DNA from: Octopus bimaculoides
Taxonomy: Eukaryota
Direction of reading: 5' to 3'
Assembly: GCF_001194135.2 (NCBI RefSeq)
Contig: NC_068982.1
Span: forward strand, 137,763,067 to 137,827,066
Length of the DNA: 64,000 nt
The first letter of the stretch is position 1; each line of letters begins with the position of its first letter. The notes beneath the pieces were generated by a model. It worked only from the letters and a program-made list of their open reading frames with translations, searched no databases and was not told the DNA's origin. A program made the position numbers and the translations under genes. Positions 26,118 to 37,100 of this stretch are shown piece after piece.

Positions 26118-26583
26118 TAATTGTGAGAGGGAGGCACAAGACCGTGATGGATGGAAGAAGATAGTGCATGATGGTTGTTTAAGGTTTGAGAGGGAGAGAG
26201 TGAAGTATGAGAGAATTGAGAGGGGGCTTAGAAAGGGGAACCTGTGGAAAGTGAGAGTGTTGCTTTCTATATGTGTGGTTTGTGGGCGGAGGTGTTTGAG
26301 TCATGCAGGCCTGGTGAGCCATCAAAATTCTCATAGAAATCGACCCATGATAAACAATGATGTGACTATTAAAATTCATAACAGAACGTGTATAAAATGT
26401 GGAAGGGTGTACCTCTCAGTTGGAGATCTAAAAAGACATTTTAAGGGAGTGCATATGGTGGCACCTGTTTCTCCTGCCAGCCAGCACAGTTGTCTAGTAT
26501 ATAATAAAATGTATAAAAGCTTGGCCGGGCTTAAAAGTCATATAAGGGCATCACATGGAAACAATCAGGAATCATTTCAGTAA
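26118..26583 (+). mobile_element. RTE-like LINE C-terminus with three C2H2-like motifs
   Basis: 'AQDRDGWKKIVHDG' (RTE terminal motif) followed by CVVCGRRCLSHAGLVSHQNSH, CIKCGRVYLSVGDLKRHFKGVH and CLVYNKMYKSLAGLKSHIRASH. Confidence 0.65.
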
Positions 26584-26689
26584 GTCTTCTTGGCAATGGC
26601 TTTTCTTGTGTAACGAGGATGCAAGTGTGACATGTATGTATGTATGTATGTATGTATGTCTCTTCTGTATTTAATCATTTAAATTATTC

Positions 26690-27430
26690 CTCTGAAGAAG
26701 GAGCTGGTTTCTAACAAAGATACAAAGCACCATATTTAGCATGTAGATAACAAAAGCAATATCGCATTTTAAACCTAAGAAAAGTCTTGCATAATTTTAC
26801 TGTTCCACTTACAGATTGTATTTGTAATGTGTGAATCAGATAGTTGATTTCTTTTACTGAAAATCCATGCTTATCCAGACAAACAGTTAGGCATTTACTT
26901 ACAAATCCAAATGCTTCAATTATTATTGGTATAAATGTGAATTTGTGATCCGGATATAAAAGCTGGAGGTTTTGAAGCAGTTGTCCATAGTTATCTTCTT
27001 TAATTTTGATTTTCAAGGAGATATTCTCATCAGCAGGACAGCTAACCTCTTGACTGTACATATTTTCTCTAGGCTCTCCCAAACAATATCTGGCCTGCTA
27101 TATTTACAGTTGATAGATGTTTTGATGGGAATTTTCCACCAGTATTCTTTGCAATGGTATTTGTGTATGTATTCAATAACAGGGGGATTCTCTATATTTA
27201 TTCCAGGACAGTCCTTTTCCAAATGGCATTTTATATTGTTTTTGAGTCAATGTCATGTCCCATAAGGAAGTAGTACCTTGATGACAATTTTGGGCAGCTG
27301 CTAATCATATGTGTGATGCCTTCCACAGAAATGTGACATGATCTATATTCACAGTTGCATCATGGAACTCCAAGGGTTTCACTGTCTCTTTTGTTGATTA
27401 GGTATTTAACGATTGCAAATGCATAGCCAT
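26690..27430 (-). mobile_element. R4/Dong-like LINE 3' relic (zinc knuckle and RLE endonuclease)
   Basis: 'CHISVEGITHMISSCPKLSSRYY', 'YWWKIPIKTSINCKYSRPDIVW', 'SCPADENISLKIKIKEDNYG'. Confidence 0.85.
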
Positions 27431-27762
27431 CAAAGTGGGATGTAATGTGACAATTATGAGTCCAAGAGAAGCTTCACATCATGTCAATGTTACCATCTTC
27501 TTTTTTTGTTTGTATGTATGTATGTATGTATGTATGTATGTGTGTATGTATGTATTCATGTATTCATGTATGTGTGTGTGTATGTATTTCCCTTGTGAAA
27601 TAATTGATAGATGTCTTAGATAACAATGTACAACCAGTAATGAAATGTCTTCTTTCATTTTGGATGAAAATCACATCCCCATAATGCCTCTTTGATTTAT
27701 CAGTTTATTAAGTGAATATTTGGTAAGTTTCCTTTCTTAATTGATTTTCTATTTCTTTGTAG

Positions 27763-28139
27763 CTGTTGGTTATCCAAGACAACTTTTTACATTACTTTCC
27801 TGACACCTGTGGTGATAGTGTGCATCTTCCATATTATCTTCAGTTTTCTTATACAGAAAATTATGCGAAGACACACCATACAAGAACAGAAAAGAACAGC
27901 TTTTCTTAGCTTCATTTGTGTGTTTTTCCTATTGTTCCTGCTCAGATTCTCATGGTTATTAACATTCTTAGCTTTTGATGAAGCAGCCGAAGTGTTCGAC
28001 AAGCTCTTCAGTATATTCAACCTCTTACAAAGTCTCCTTATCTTCTTATTTTACTGTATAAACGAGAAATATATCAGACATCTCATCTGCAAGTGTGCAT
28101 GGAATCAAGAGGAAGAGAAAACTATGAACAGCAGCCAAA
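27763..28139 (+). CDS. Adhesion GPCR exon G (TM5-TM6-TM7-proximal tail): CWLSKTTFYITFLTPVVIVCIFHIIFSFLIQKIMRRHTIQEQKRTAFLSFICVFFLLFLLRFSWLLTFLAFDEAAEVFDKLFSIFNLLQSLLIFLFYCINEKYIRHLICKCAWNQEEEKTMNSSQ
   Basis: Acceptor atttctttgtag| and donor CAAA|gtaagt; 377 nt, phase 2-1; three hydrophobic helices with 'CWL', 'F..P' and 'FN..Q...IF.FYC' motifs. Confidence 0.93.
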
Positions 28140-28315
28140 GTAAGTGAAATTAAGTACTTTTTTCATTCTTACCACCACCAAAATCATCATGACACCAAAA
28201 TTATCATGATGAGGATAATCACAAACATCACATCTAGCGACACAACCAGTATCGACACCACCTTAGGGTAGACATCATCATAAATACCAACTCTACTGTG
28301 TGTGCATGTGTGCGC

Positions 28316-28353
<38 letters not shown>

Positions 28354-28430
28354 ATATGTATGTGGGTGGGTGTAAAATATACATACACTCATACTTTGAG
28401 TTCTATTTCTCCTGTTTGCACCAACATACC

Positions 28431-28462
<32 letters not shown>

Positions 28463-28999
28463 TAATATGTAATTATATGCATATATCCATACATATATGT
28501 ACATACCTACATCTATATGTATACATACATGCATATATGGGTACAGGACATTAAAAAAAACGTTAAACACAATGAGAAACGAGACANNNNNNNNNNNNNN
28601 NNNNNNNNNNNNNNNNNNNNNNNNNNNNNNNNNNNNNNNNNNNNNNNNNNNNNNNNNNNNNNNNNNNNNNNNNNNNNNNNNNNNNNNNNNNNNNNNNNNN
28701 NNNNNNNNNNNNNNNNNNNNNNNNNNNNNNNNNNNNNNNNNNNNNNNNNNNNNNNNNNNNNNNNNNNNNNNNNNNNNNNNNNNNNNNNNNNNNNNNNNNN
28801 NNNNNNNNNNNNNNNNNNNNNNNNNNNNNNNNNNNNNNNNNNNNNNNNNNNNNNNNNNNNNNNNNNNNNNNNNNNNNTATATATATATATAGCAAGATTA
28901 AAAGAAGATAGAGATATACAATTAACATATTTTAAATTTGATTTATTAAGATTATAATATAATTATGCTATAATATAAAATAAAAAAATAAGAATACAA

Positions 29000-30530
29000 A
29001 AGCAAATATTAGTCCTTCAAGTTGTTTTGATTCATACCCAATAATGAATTTATGGAAACATTCATATTTATGGGTATGAATCTCATCAGGGCAATATTTG
29101 CCAAAAAGAAGCAGACATCTAAGGATTGCTAAATCATAGAATTGTGTTTCTCCAAAATGGATAAACATAAAATCTCATTGAATTCATGAAGATTCTTGTA
29201 AAGAAAACAATAAGTCAAGGGGCTCTTGGATGACATCTTTTGAGTGGTTATCTCCCCTGGATTTGACTTTTGGGCAAACAGTTATGTCGGATGGTAAATT
29301 GTTTGCATTACATTGTATTATATACTGTGTGTATGTGATGTTCATATGCTTGTGTGCTGAGGTAGTTCGTCATGGAGAAATATTTCTTCTGTGTGTGGAG
29401 TTCATGTGTTATGTATATTCAAATTTCACTTTCAGGAAAGGAGCTATCCTTGTGGGATTAGCAGCACAGGTGGTGGTTCCTTTTTGAAGTGTTTAAGTGT
29501 GAAATATTGCTTGTGTATGCAGGGAGAGAACATTTCATCCCTAATATTTAGGATATTATCTATTGGCTGTATTATATTTAATTTTTCAGCGATATGTCTT
29601 TGTATGAAGCTTCTTCATTTGGTTTACTGTAGGGTTCGAATTTGCCTGTGCTAAGGTTCATGTTAATATTTAGAAAATTGACTTCTTTAAGGTTGGTACA
29701 AATTGTGGTTCTCAGACCTAGTTGGCTAAATACTTTGTATAATTTTGTCCTTACTCTATGCATATTATGTCCGTTTTGATTGTGTACCACTCCCAGGCAA
29801 CCTTCCCTATATAAAGCTATACTCTTTTACTTGTTTCAGTCATTTGACTGTGGCCATGCTGGAGCACCGCCATTAGTCGAGCTAATCGACCCCAGGACTT
29901 ATTCTTTCTAAGCCTAGTACTTATTCTATTGATCTCTTTTACTGAACTGCTAAGTTACGGGGACGTAAACACACCAAGTGATGTTGGGGGGGGGGGCGAC
30001 AAACACAAACACATACACACGCATACATATATATATATACATATATACGATGGGCTGCTTTCAGTGTCTGTCCACCAAATCCATTCACAAGGCTTTGGTC
30101 GGCCTGAGGCTATAGTAGAAGACACTTGCCCAAGGTGCCTTGCAGTGGGACTGAACCCGGAACCATGTGGTCCATAAGCAAGCTACTTACCACGCAGCCA
30201 CTCGTACGCCTATGTATGTTAGCTTTTTTTTTTTTTTCTTTTCTAAAGATATCTAAAATATAGAGATCTACAAGATCAGCTATTTCTATGCTCTCATAGC
30301 TCCCCATTGCCACATGAAATAATTCATCCCCCTTCTTCTTTACCCAATAAGAATTATCATAAAAACGTCATGGCTTCCTTGCCTTCATAATTATATTTAT
30401 ATCAGTGTTTGTTATGATAACGTAAGCCTTACTAAATTTACGTGCCTTCTGAAGCAAGCTTTTGGAGACTGAGATGTAAAACTCTATATCAAATTGTATA
30501 AATTTGTATTTGAGTTTACCTTCTATTTTC
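29000..30530 (-). mobile_element. Penelope-like element RT relic, split by a SINE at 29815-30215
   Basis: 'KFIQFDIEFYISVSKSLLQKA...WVKKKGDELFHVAMGSYESIEIADLVDLYILD', then across the SINE 'ANIALYREGCLGV...GLRTTICTNLKEVNFLNINMNLSTGKFEPYSKPN'; left boundary approximate. Confidence 0.8.
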
Positions 30531-30839
30531 TTAAAGTGTTCAATAGTGTGTGTGTGTGTGTGTGTGTGAATGTATGCATGTATACATGCAGATTTGTATG
30601 TTTTGTTTTATATATGTATTCTCATGCATATACTTTCACATCTAGACATGCTCATATAAATTAAAATAATAAACCTCTGGAAAGTTTTACAGATTTTTAC
30701 ACTTCCAGTGATGGATTGGATCTATAGTCTTCGAATCAGTTTTCTCCTTTCTGGTTTTGAGAAGCCTAATTTCTCAAGATTGGTATTTAGGGGTAGTGTG
30801 TTACATATCCTAGTGCCCCAATAATTACAGATATAAACA

Positions 30840-30896
<57 letters not shown>

Positions 30897-32387
30897 AAGC
30901 AAGTACAAATGTGTATCTCTATGTGCATATATGTATGTGAGGTCGATGAAAACGATTTACCCACTGCCCCGAAATTGTTGGTTTTGTGCCCAAATTTGAA
31001 ACCAATATTACTGAAATCTCATAAAGTATCTACTGAGGTTAGCACAGTTGGTAATATGGATAAATTAGAATACAATAGAGTTAATAATAGGGCAAAAAAA
31101 GAGAAATATGTTATTATGTTGGTGTAAACAGGTGAGTTAATGACAATATTTCTGTTTTGTTTTACAGGTGAGTTCATAACAATATTTTTGTTTTACATCT
31201 TTACTAGGTTTACTGATAGGTTATTAATATTATTGGTTTTTAGCCAGATATCTGTCATAATCTGGCAGACTTATGATAAAAAGTGTTCCAAGTGTGACCA
31301 TCCTGTCTTTTTCACTTATTGTAAATCAGTAAATACATTAAACATATCTTCATATCAAAGTATCAAACTTTGGTTTGCTACTAAGATAACCATTCTCTTT
31401 CTGTCTTCAAGATTAGATACAGGCTGCAAGATACAAAATAATAAATACGAAATAACAAATGATAGTGTCATTATCTTTCATCATCTTCTTCCATGCTTCA
31501 ATCGATTACCATGAGTCATCAATGTCCAAGTCAGTTCTTATTCAGAGTTAACATCCACTTTGACTGTTTGAGGTACACATCTCACTTAAATACTTTGGAT
31601 TTTCTATGACAAGATACCCTTCTTAACACCAGCCACTTTATAAAGGATCTTGGGTACGTTTTATTGCAACACAGGCATTAATAAGATTGTCATCATCATT
31701 ACTATTTAACGTCCATTGTCCATGCTAGGATGGGTTGGACAGTTTGACCAGAGCTGGCAAGCTGAGGGGCTGTACCAGACTCCAAGGTCCACAATTAGAT
31801 TGAAGGTTCCACTGAAAATTACAGTGTCTCCTCTCATTCACCAGTCACTTCCAAGTGTGTACTGGGGCCATTTTCTCATAGTGCAAGCACTGGTCAGGTT
31901 GTCTTGCATCTCATATTATTATACAATTCTCATTGCTCTTTGATGTGTTTTTACAATCATGTTGAGAAAGTGAGAAGTTTAAGTGATAACGGAAGAATAA
32001 TGAGGATGCAGGGACTGAAAGTTACAAGAAAATGAGGATAAGAACAATGACTTGAAAGCGAGGTGGAGAATGACATGACTGAATGGTTGAAGCTAAGATA
32101 CAATTATTTATGAGATGGTTAATGATTTACTAACATCTTGAGAATCCAATAATCAAAGACAGTGTTACTTACTACTAGAACATTAGTGTTGGCTTTGGTA
32201 AAGTATGAGGCTCAATCACAAAATCTCAACAAGCATTAGAAAGTCTAACTGTCAAATCATTTGGTCAGTGTTGCTGTGAATGTTCGTAATTGGTAAAAGT
32301 GTAGATTAATAATTATAGCTTTGTGTGTGGATGTGAATGTTGGTAAATTTTACTATAAATTATAACACTTGAAATTATGAATTTCAG

Positions 32388-32654
32388 ACTTACAAATGCA
32401 GGGACAACCAAGGATATCGAAGCAAAGTACATCACCGCAAAGTACATCACAGCAAAGTACATCACCGCAAAGTACATCATCGCAAAGTACATCATCGCAA
32501 AGTACATCACAGCAAAGTACATCACAGCAAAGTACATCACAGCAAAGTACATTACAGCAAAGTATATCACTGCAAAGTACATCACTGCAAAGTACATCAC
32601 AGCAAAGTACATCACAGCAAAGTACATCACAGCAAAGAACACCTCAGCCAGTTG
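32388..32654 (+). CDS. Adhesion GPCR exon H (Ser/Thr/Gln-rich cytoplasmic repeat exon): (N)LQMQGQPRISK(QSTSx)14QRTPQPV
   Basis: Acceptor atgaatttcag| and donor GTTG|gtgagt; 267 nt, symmetric phase 1-1, open in the frame required by exons G and I; splice flanks homologous to those of exon I. No transcript evidence. Confidence 0.72.
32423..32647 (+). repeat. 15-bp coding minisatellite CAAAGTACATCACAG x14 plus 1 degenerate unit
   Basis: Units counted directly at 15-bp spacing from 32423; lies within exon H. Confidence 0.95.
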
Positions 32655-33213
32655 GTGAGTATAAAAGTGAAGTACCAAATTGATTTCTATAAGTCTTCCC
32701 TTCAGCACTAGCACTGGTCAGGTTTTCTTGCATCTCATAAAATTAGACAGTTCTTACTGCTCTTAAGATGTGTTTTTTCATTCAAGGTAACATGTTGAGA
32801 AGTGATGACAGAAGAATAATGAGGATGCAGGGACTGAAAGTTGTGAGAAAATGAGGATAAGAACAATGACTTGAAAGCGAGGTGGAGAATGACAAGACTG
32901 AGTGATTGTCAGTTGTAAGCCAACAGAGATGATTAATGATGTATTAACATCTTGGGAAACTGATAATTAAAGTCAAAAGTACTTATAAGAACATCATTCT
33001 CAGCTTTCTAATGTAGGAGATTCAATAACAAATCTCAACTGAAAATGTTTTTAACTGGTTAAAATTGTTAAAGATAATTTCATTTGTTTACAAAATCATT
33101 CTCCTGAAGTTCTTGATTTATCATCTTATGAAGATGTCAGATGTTCGGTATGAGATATCATCTCTCGTTGGAGTATCTTCTCAGAAGGTCTCAGGTTAGA
33201 ATATATATTATAG

Positions 33214-33249
<36 letters not shown>

Positions 33250-36130
33250 ACTGAGAATGCATGTGTGTGTGCATGTAAATGTGTGTCTGTTTGTGTGTGT
33301 GCATCACTAAAACTCAGGAACTACTCAAACGATTTCATTCAAATTTTACACACGCCCTATTTAAGGTCCATGCAGTGTCATGGGCCAAAAAGATTTTCAA
33401 CTTCTTGCCTAATGTGAGCCTGGAGCAATCTCTTATCTCTTACACTATTTCGGTATTACCTGTCAAAAGTGAAACAATAAAATCGCTATTGTAATGTGAG
33501 AGAATACTTTCACTGTGATATATTTTTGTATGTATATGTATCATCATCATCATCATCGTCGTCATTTAACGTCCGCTTTCCATACTAGCATGGGTTGGAC
33601 GATTTGACTGAGGACTGGTGAAACCAGATGGCTACACCAGGCTCCAATCTGATTTGGCAGAGTTTCTACAGCTGGATGCCCTTCCTAACGCTAACCACTC
33701 TGAGAGTGTAGTAGGTGCTTTTACATGCCACCGGCACGAAGGCCAGTCAGGTGGTACCAGCAACGGCCACGCTCAAAATGGTGTATTTTACGTGCCACCT
33801 GCACAGGAGCCAGTTCGGCGGCACTGCCAATGATCTCGCTCGAATGTCTTTACACGTGCCATNNNNNNNNNNNNNNNNNNNNNNNNNNNNNNNNNNNNNN
33901 NNNNNNNNNNNNNNNNNNNNNNNNNNNNNNNNNNNNNNNNNNNNNNNNNNNNNNNNNNNNNNNNNNNNNNNNNNNNNNNNNNNNNNNNNNNNNNNNNNNN
34001 NNNNNNNNNNNNNNNNNNNNNNNNNNNNNNNNNNNNNCAATGAAGGAGACGATGTTGGCATGGGTGCCAGTCGTCGAATTTAGTTCGATTTCGATTTCAC
34101 TTTCCTCAACAGGTCTTCGCAAGTGGAGTTTAGTGTCCAATGAAGGAAGGTACGTATGAGTGGGCTGCCTGAGGCCTTGGATTTAGGTCTCACTTGGCTT
34201 GTCTGGTCTTCTCACGCACAGCATATTTCCAAAGGTCTCGGTCAGAAGTCATCGCCTCGGTGAGGCCCAATGTTCGAAGGTCATGCCTCACCACCTCATC
34301 CCAGGTCTTCCTGGGCCTACCTCTTCCACAGGTTCCCTCCAATGCTAGGGTGTGGCACTTTTTCACACAGCTATCCTCATCCAATGCATGTATATGTATG
34401 TTTATATGTCTATGCATACATATCAGATCAGACTGGAGCCTGGTGCAGCCTTCTGGCTTGCCAGCCCTCAATCAGACCTCCAATCCCTGCCAGCATGGAA
34501 AGCGGATATTAAAAGACAATGATGATGATGGGACTTCTACAATATAGATCTGTGCTGAGACACAATCATATTCATTGTAATGAAAGTCACTGATTTTTTT
34601 AGTCAGATTATATATAATCTATATAGATATCTAGTATTGCAAGGTCAGACAGTGTAATTTTGTATTATATATATACCCTGTTAACATGATAATGAATCAG
34701 ATATTATTCATTAACTGTTTTACATTTGTATGTCTGAAATTTAACCTTATTTTGTCATAGCATCATCTTGTACCCTCACCCAACAGGTTTAAACCTTGTT
34801 ACCATTTGTGTAAGTAATTCTAATGTTTTTCTTGGGCATGCAACCACTTCTCTACAAACTGGGATTATTGACTTCTATAGTCCAATAAGGTCCAGATGTT
34901 ATTGTGTCCTAGCTTCATTCCAAATGAAACAAAATGTGAAGCATTTCTGTATATTTATGATACTATTTAGGTATATTTTATAAAGTATTACGGTGACTTT
35001 TTGTAATTAGTTGGTCTTAATTAACATTAGTGACAAATGTAGTATAACAGAGGTAATGTGAATGGGATTACACATTCCTCGTGATGTTGTTCTTATATTA
35101 ACAATAACATCACAAAGACAAGTTTCTGTCAGTCAGACCCTTCTACACAGGTGTAAGTTCCAAGTCCAAATTTACTGGTTACTCGGTTTCTACCCTATCA
35201 ATGTCAACCACATTGATAAAGGAGATATCAAAGAGGAAGGTAACTTTGTTTGATGTATAGATGAGATTTAAATAGAGGTAACCTATATTCTTGAGAATAA
35301 GTTCTTTTGTACCATTCCAGATATCTTTGTCACAATATATGGATGATCGCTTATATGCAGTTTATGAGATTGAGTGCAAGTGCACAGTGTTTTATGGCAC
35401 ATTACCACTGTCCATTTCACCTGTGTAGATCTAATCATTGTTCACCTGAAAAGAAACTGCTTTATTAAGGAGGATGAATGACAAGCAAATGTTTTCAAAT
35501 ATTTCAAGAATCAGATGACATTCTGGTGAACTGTAACGTGGGCGGTTAAAATTAAAGATTACCAGTGGCAACCTTTAACAGAGAGAGAGAGAGACAGACA
35601 GAGAGACAGAGACAGAGAGATATATATATAGAGAGAGACAGAGAGAGACACAGAGAGAGAGCAGGTATATGATGATCCTAAATGAAGTGGTGTGTCATGT
35701 GTTTGTGGCTAGATCTTAGATGGACAACCTGGTTGACATTGGAATTAAGCAGATGATGAGAAGAATATTGGTTAGTAAAGTCTAGAAGTGAGAGGATATA
35801 GATATGACTGAAATATAATAAATGAAAGACAAAACTAAATGATAAAAATCCTTAACAATTGGTAAATAAATTAGATAATTGCAACATTGTTAGATTAAGT
35901 AGGATGTCTTAATATAGAGAGGAGATTTAGGAAGACTAGTTTGCTCTGTTGTAGACCTAAATATCAAGTTATTACATGGTACCACTGTAGAAAGTATAAA
36001 AATGTTGACTGAAATCACAGTGGTCACCAGTTGACCATTAATGATAGGAATATCTCACAACATTGAAATATGAATTCCAATAGAGATATAGAAATTTAAC
36101 TATTAAGTGTAAAACTTGGAAATATTTCAG

Positions 36131-36202
36131 AGAATTCAAGGCTGACCGAATCGGATCTCCTACAGGTGGCAAAACATTTAGGACCAAACTGGAAGCATGT
36201 TG
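36131..36202 (+). CDS. Adhesion GPCR exon I (Death domain, N-terminal part): (E)NSRLTESDLLQVAKHLGPNWKHV(G)
   Basis: Acceptor aatatttcag| and donor GTTG|gtaagt; 72 nt, phase 1-1; 'L..VA..LG..WK..G' Death-domain helix 1-2 pattern. Confidence 0.85.
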
Positions 36203-36659
36203 GTAAGTATAAAATAAGAATACTTAATTGATTTCTATAAGTTTTACCTACAGTTGAACTTTTGTTTGCTAGAATGACTGTGAACTGGTTCCATTCCTAA
36301 TTTCCAATTGAAAGATTAACTGTAATGTAATTCTATAAAAGATACTGATATTACTGAAATTTCATAAAATATCTACGGAGGTTAGTAATGAAACAACACA
36401 ATACAGTTGATATTGTCTTTTGGAATTGGGAACTGAAATACACCATTGTGTTGGTATAAGCAGGCGAGTTAATGGTAATGTCTTTGTTTTACATTTTTTT
36501 CTGAGTTTGTTGATGTTATTGCTGTTTAGCCAGATGTTTATTGTAATTTGGTTGACATATGATAAAAAGTCTTCTATTTGTGAAATCCCCGACTTGTTTG
36601 TGGGAGCATGTTATCAAATGTATCCTTTATAACACGATAGGGTGTATTTTGAGTGAAGT

Positions 36660-37100
36660 ATGCTTACCTTATTTCTTGCCAGTTTTTATACATCCTCCAC
36701 ACTCAATGCAACATTACACTTTACAAATACACATCATACAATCTACTCTTCATCTAGGGATGGAATCCCTTAGTTGCCAGTGGACATAATAGCTTTCAGT
36801 GCATTCTTCACTTAATTTTTTTCTCTAACTACAATGCTACATGCAAAGTCCTTTCTCTCTGTCAATCTACCTCTGATCCAACTACACCTCTAATGTGTAA
36901 TGGGTGCACCATACAGAATTCCTGTCAACCCTCCCCTCCCCACCACCATCTTTCTTGCATGTCAAATATGGTAACTCTCCAGATGATATAGATACTGATT
37001 GACGTAGTGGTTCCTTCAGGACTTAACTGTTTTAGATGTAAAGTCCAGATGTTGGTACCTCCTATCTTCTTTCCTATTAACTAAAATTCTTTTCATTGCT
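36660..37100 (-). mobile_element. RTE-like RT relic
   Basis: Degenerate 'TKGFHP.MKSRLYDVYL.SVMLH', resembling the RTE motif 'KGRLYDACVR.AMLHG'. Confidence 0.5.

Noticed and set aside
27704-27722. Micro-exon before exon G ending TTTG|gtaagt
   Set aside because: The resulting intron would be only about 40 nt and the frame is not needed.
31140-31514. Apparent protein conservation between ORFs 31140 and 36420 (FSQ...W.TYDKK)
   Set aside because: Differences fall in all codon positions and similarity also appears on the opposite strand; explained by DNA duplication, not coding constraint.
33141-33194. Possible extra symmetric tail exon (VRYEISSLVGVSSQKVS)
   Set aside because: Phase 1-1 and open, but the acceptor lacks a pyrimidine tract; not supportable without RNA data.
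34761-34786. Possible micro-exon (TSSCTLTQQ)
   Set aside because: Phase 1-0 has no compatible partner and the donor is weak.
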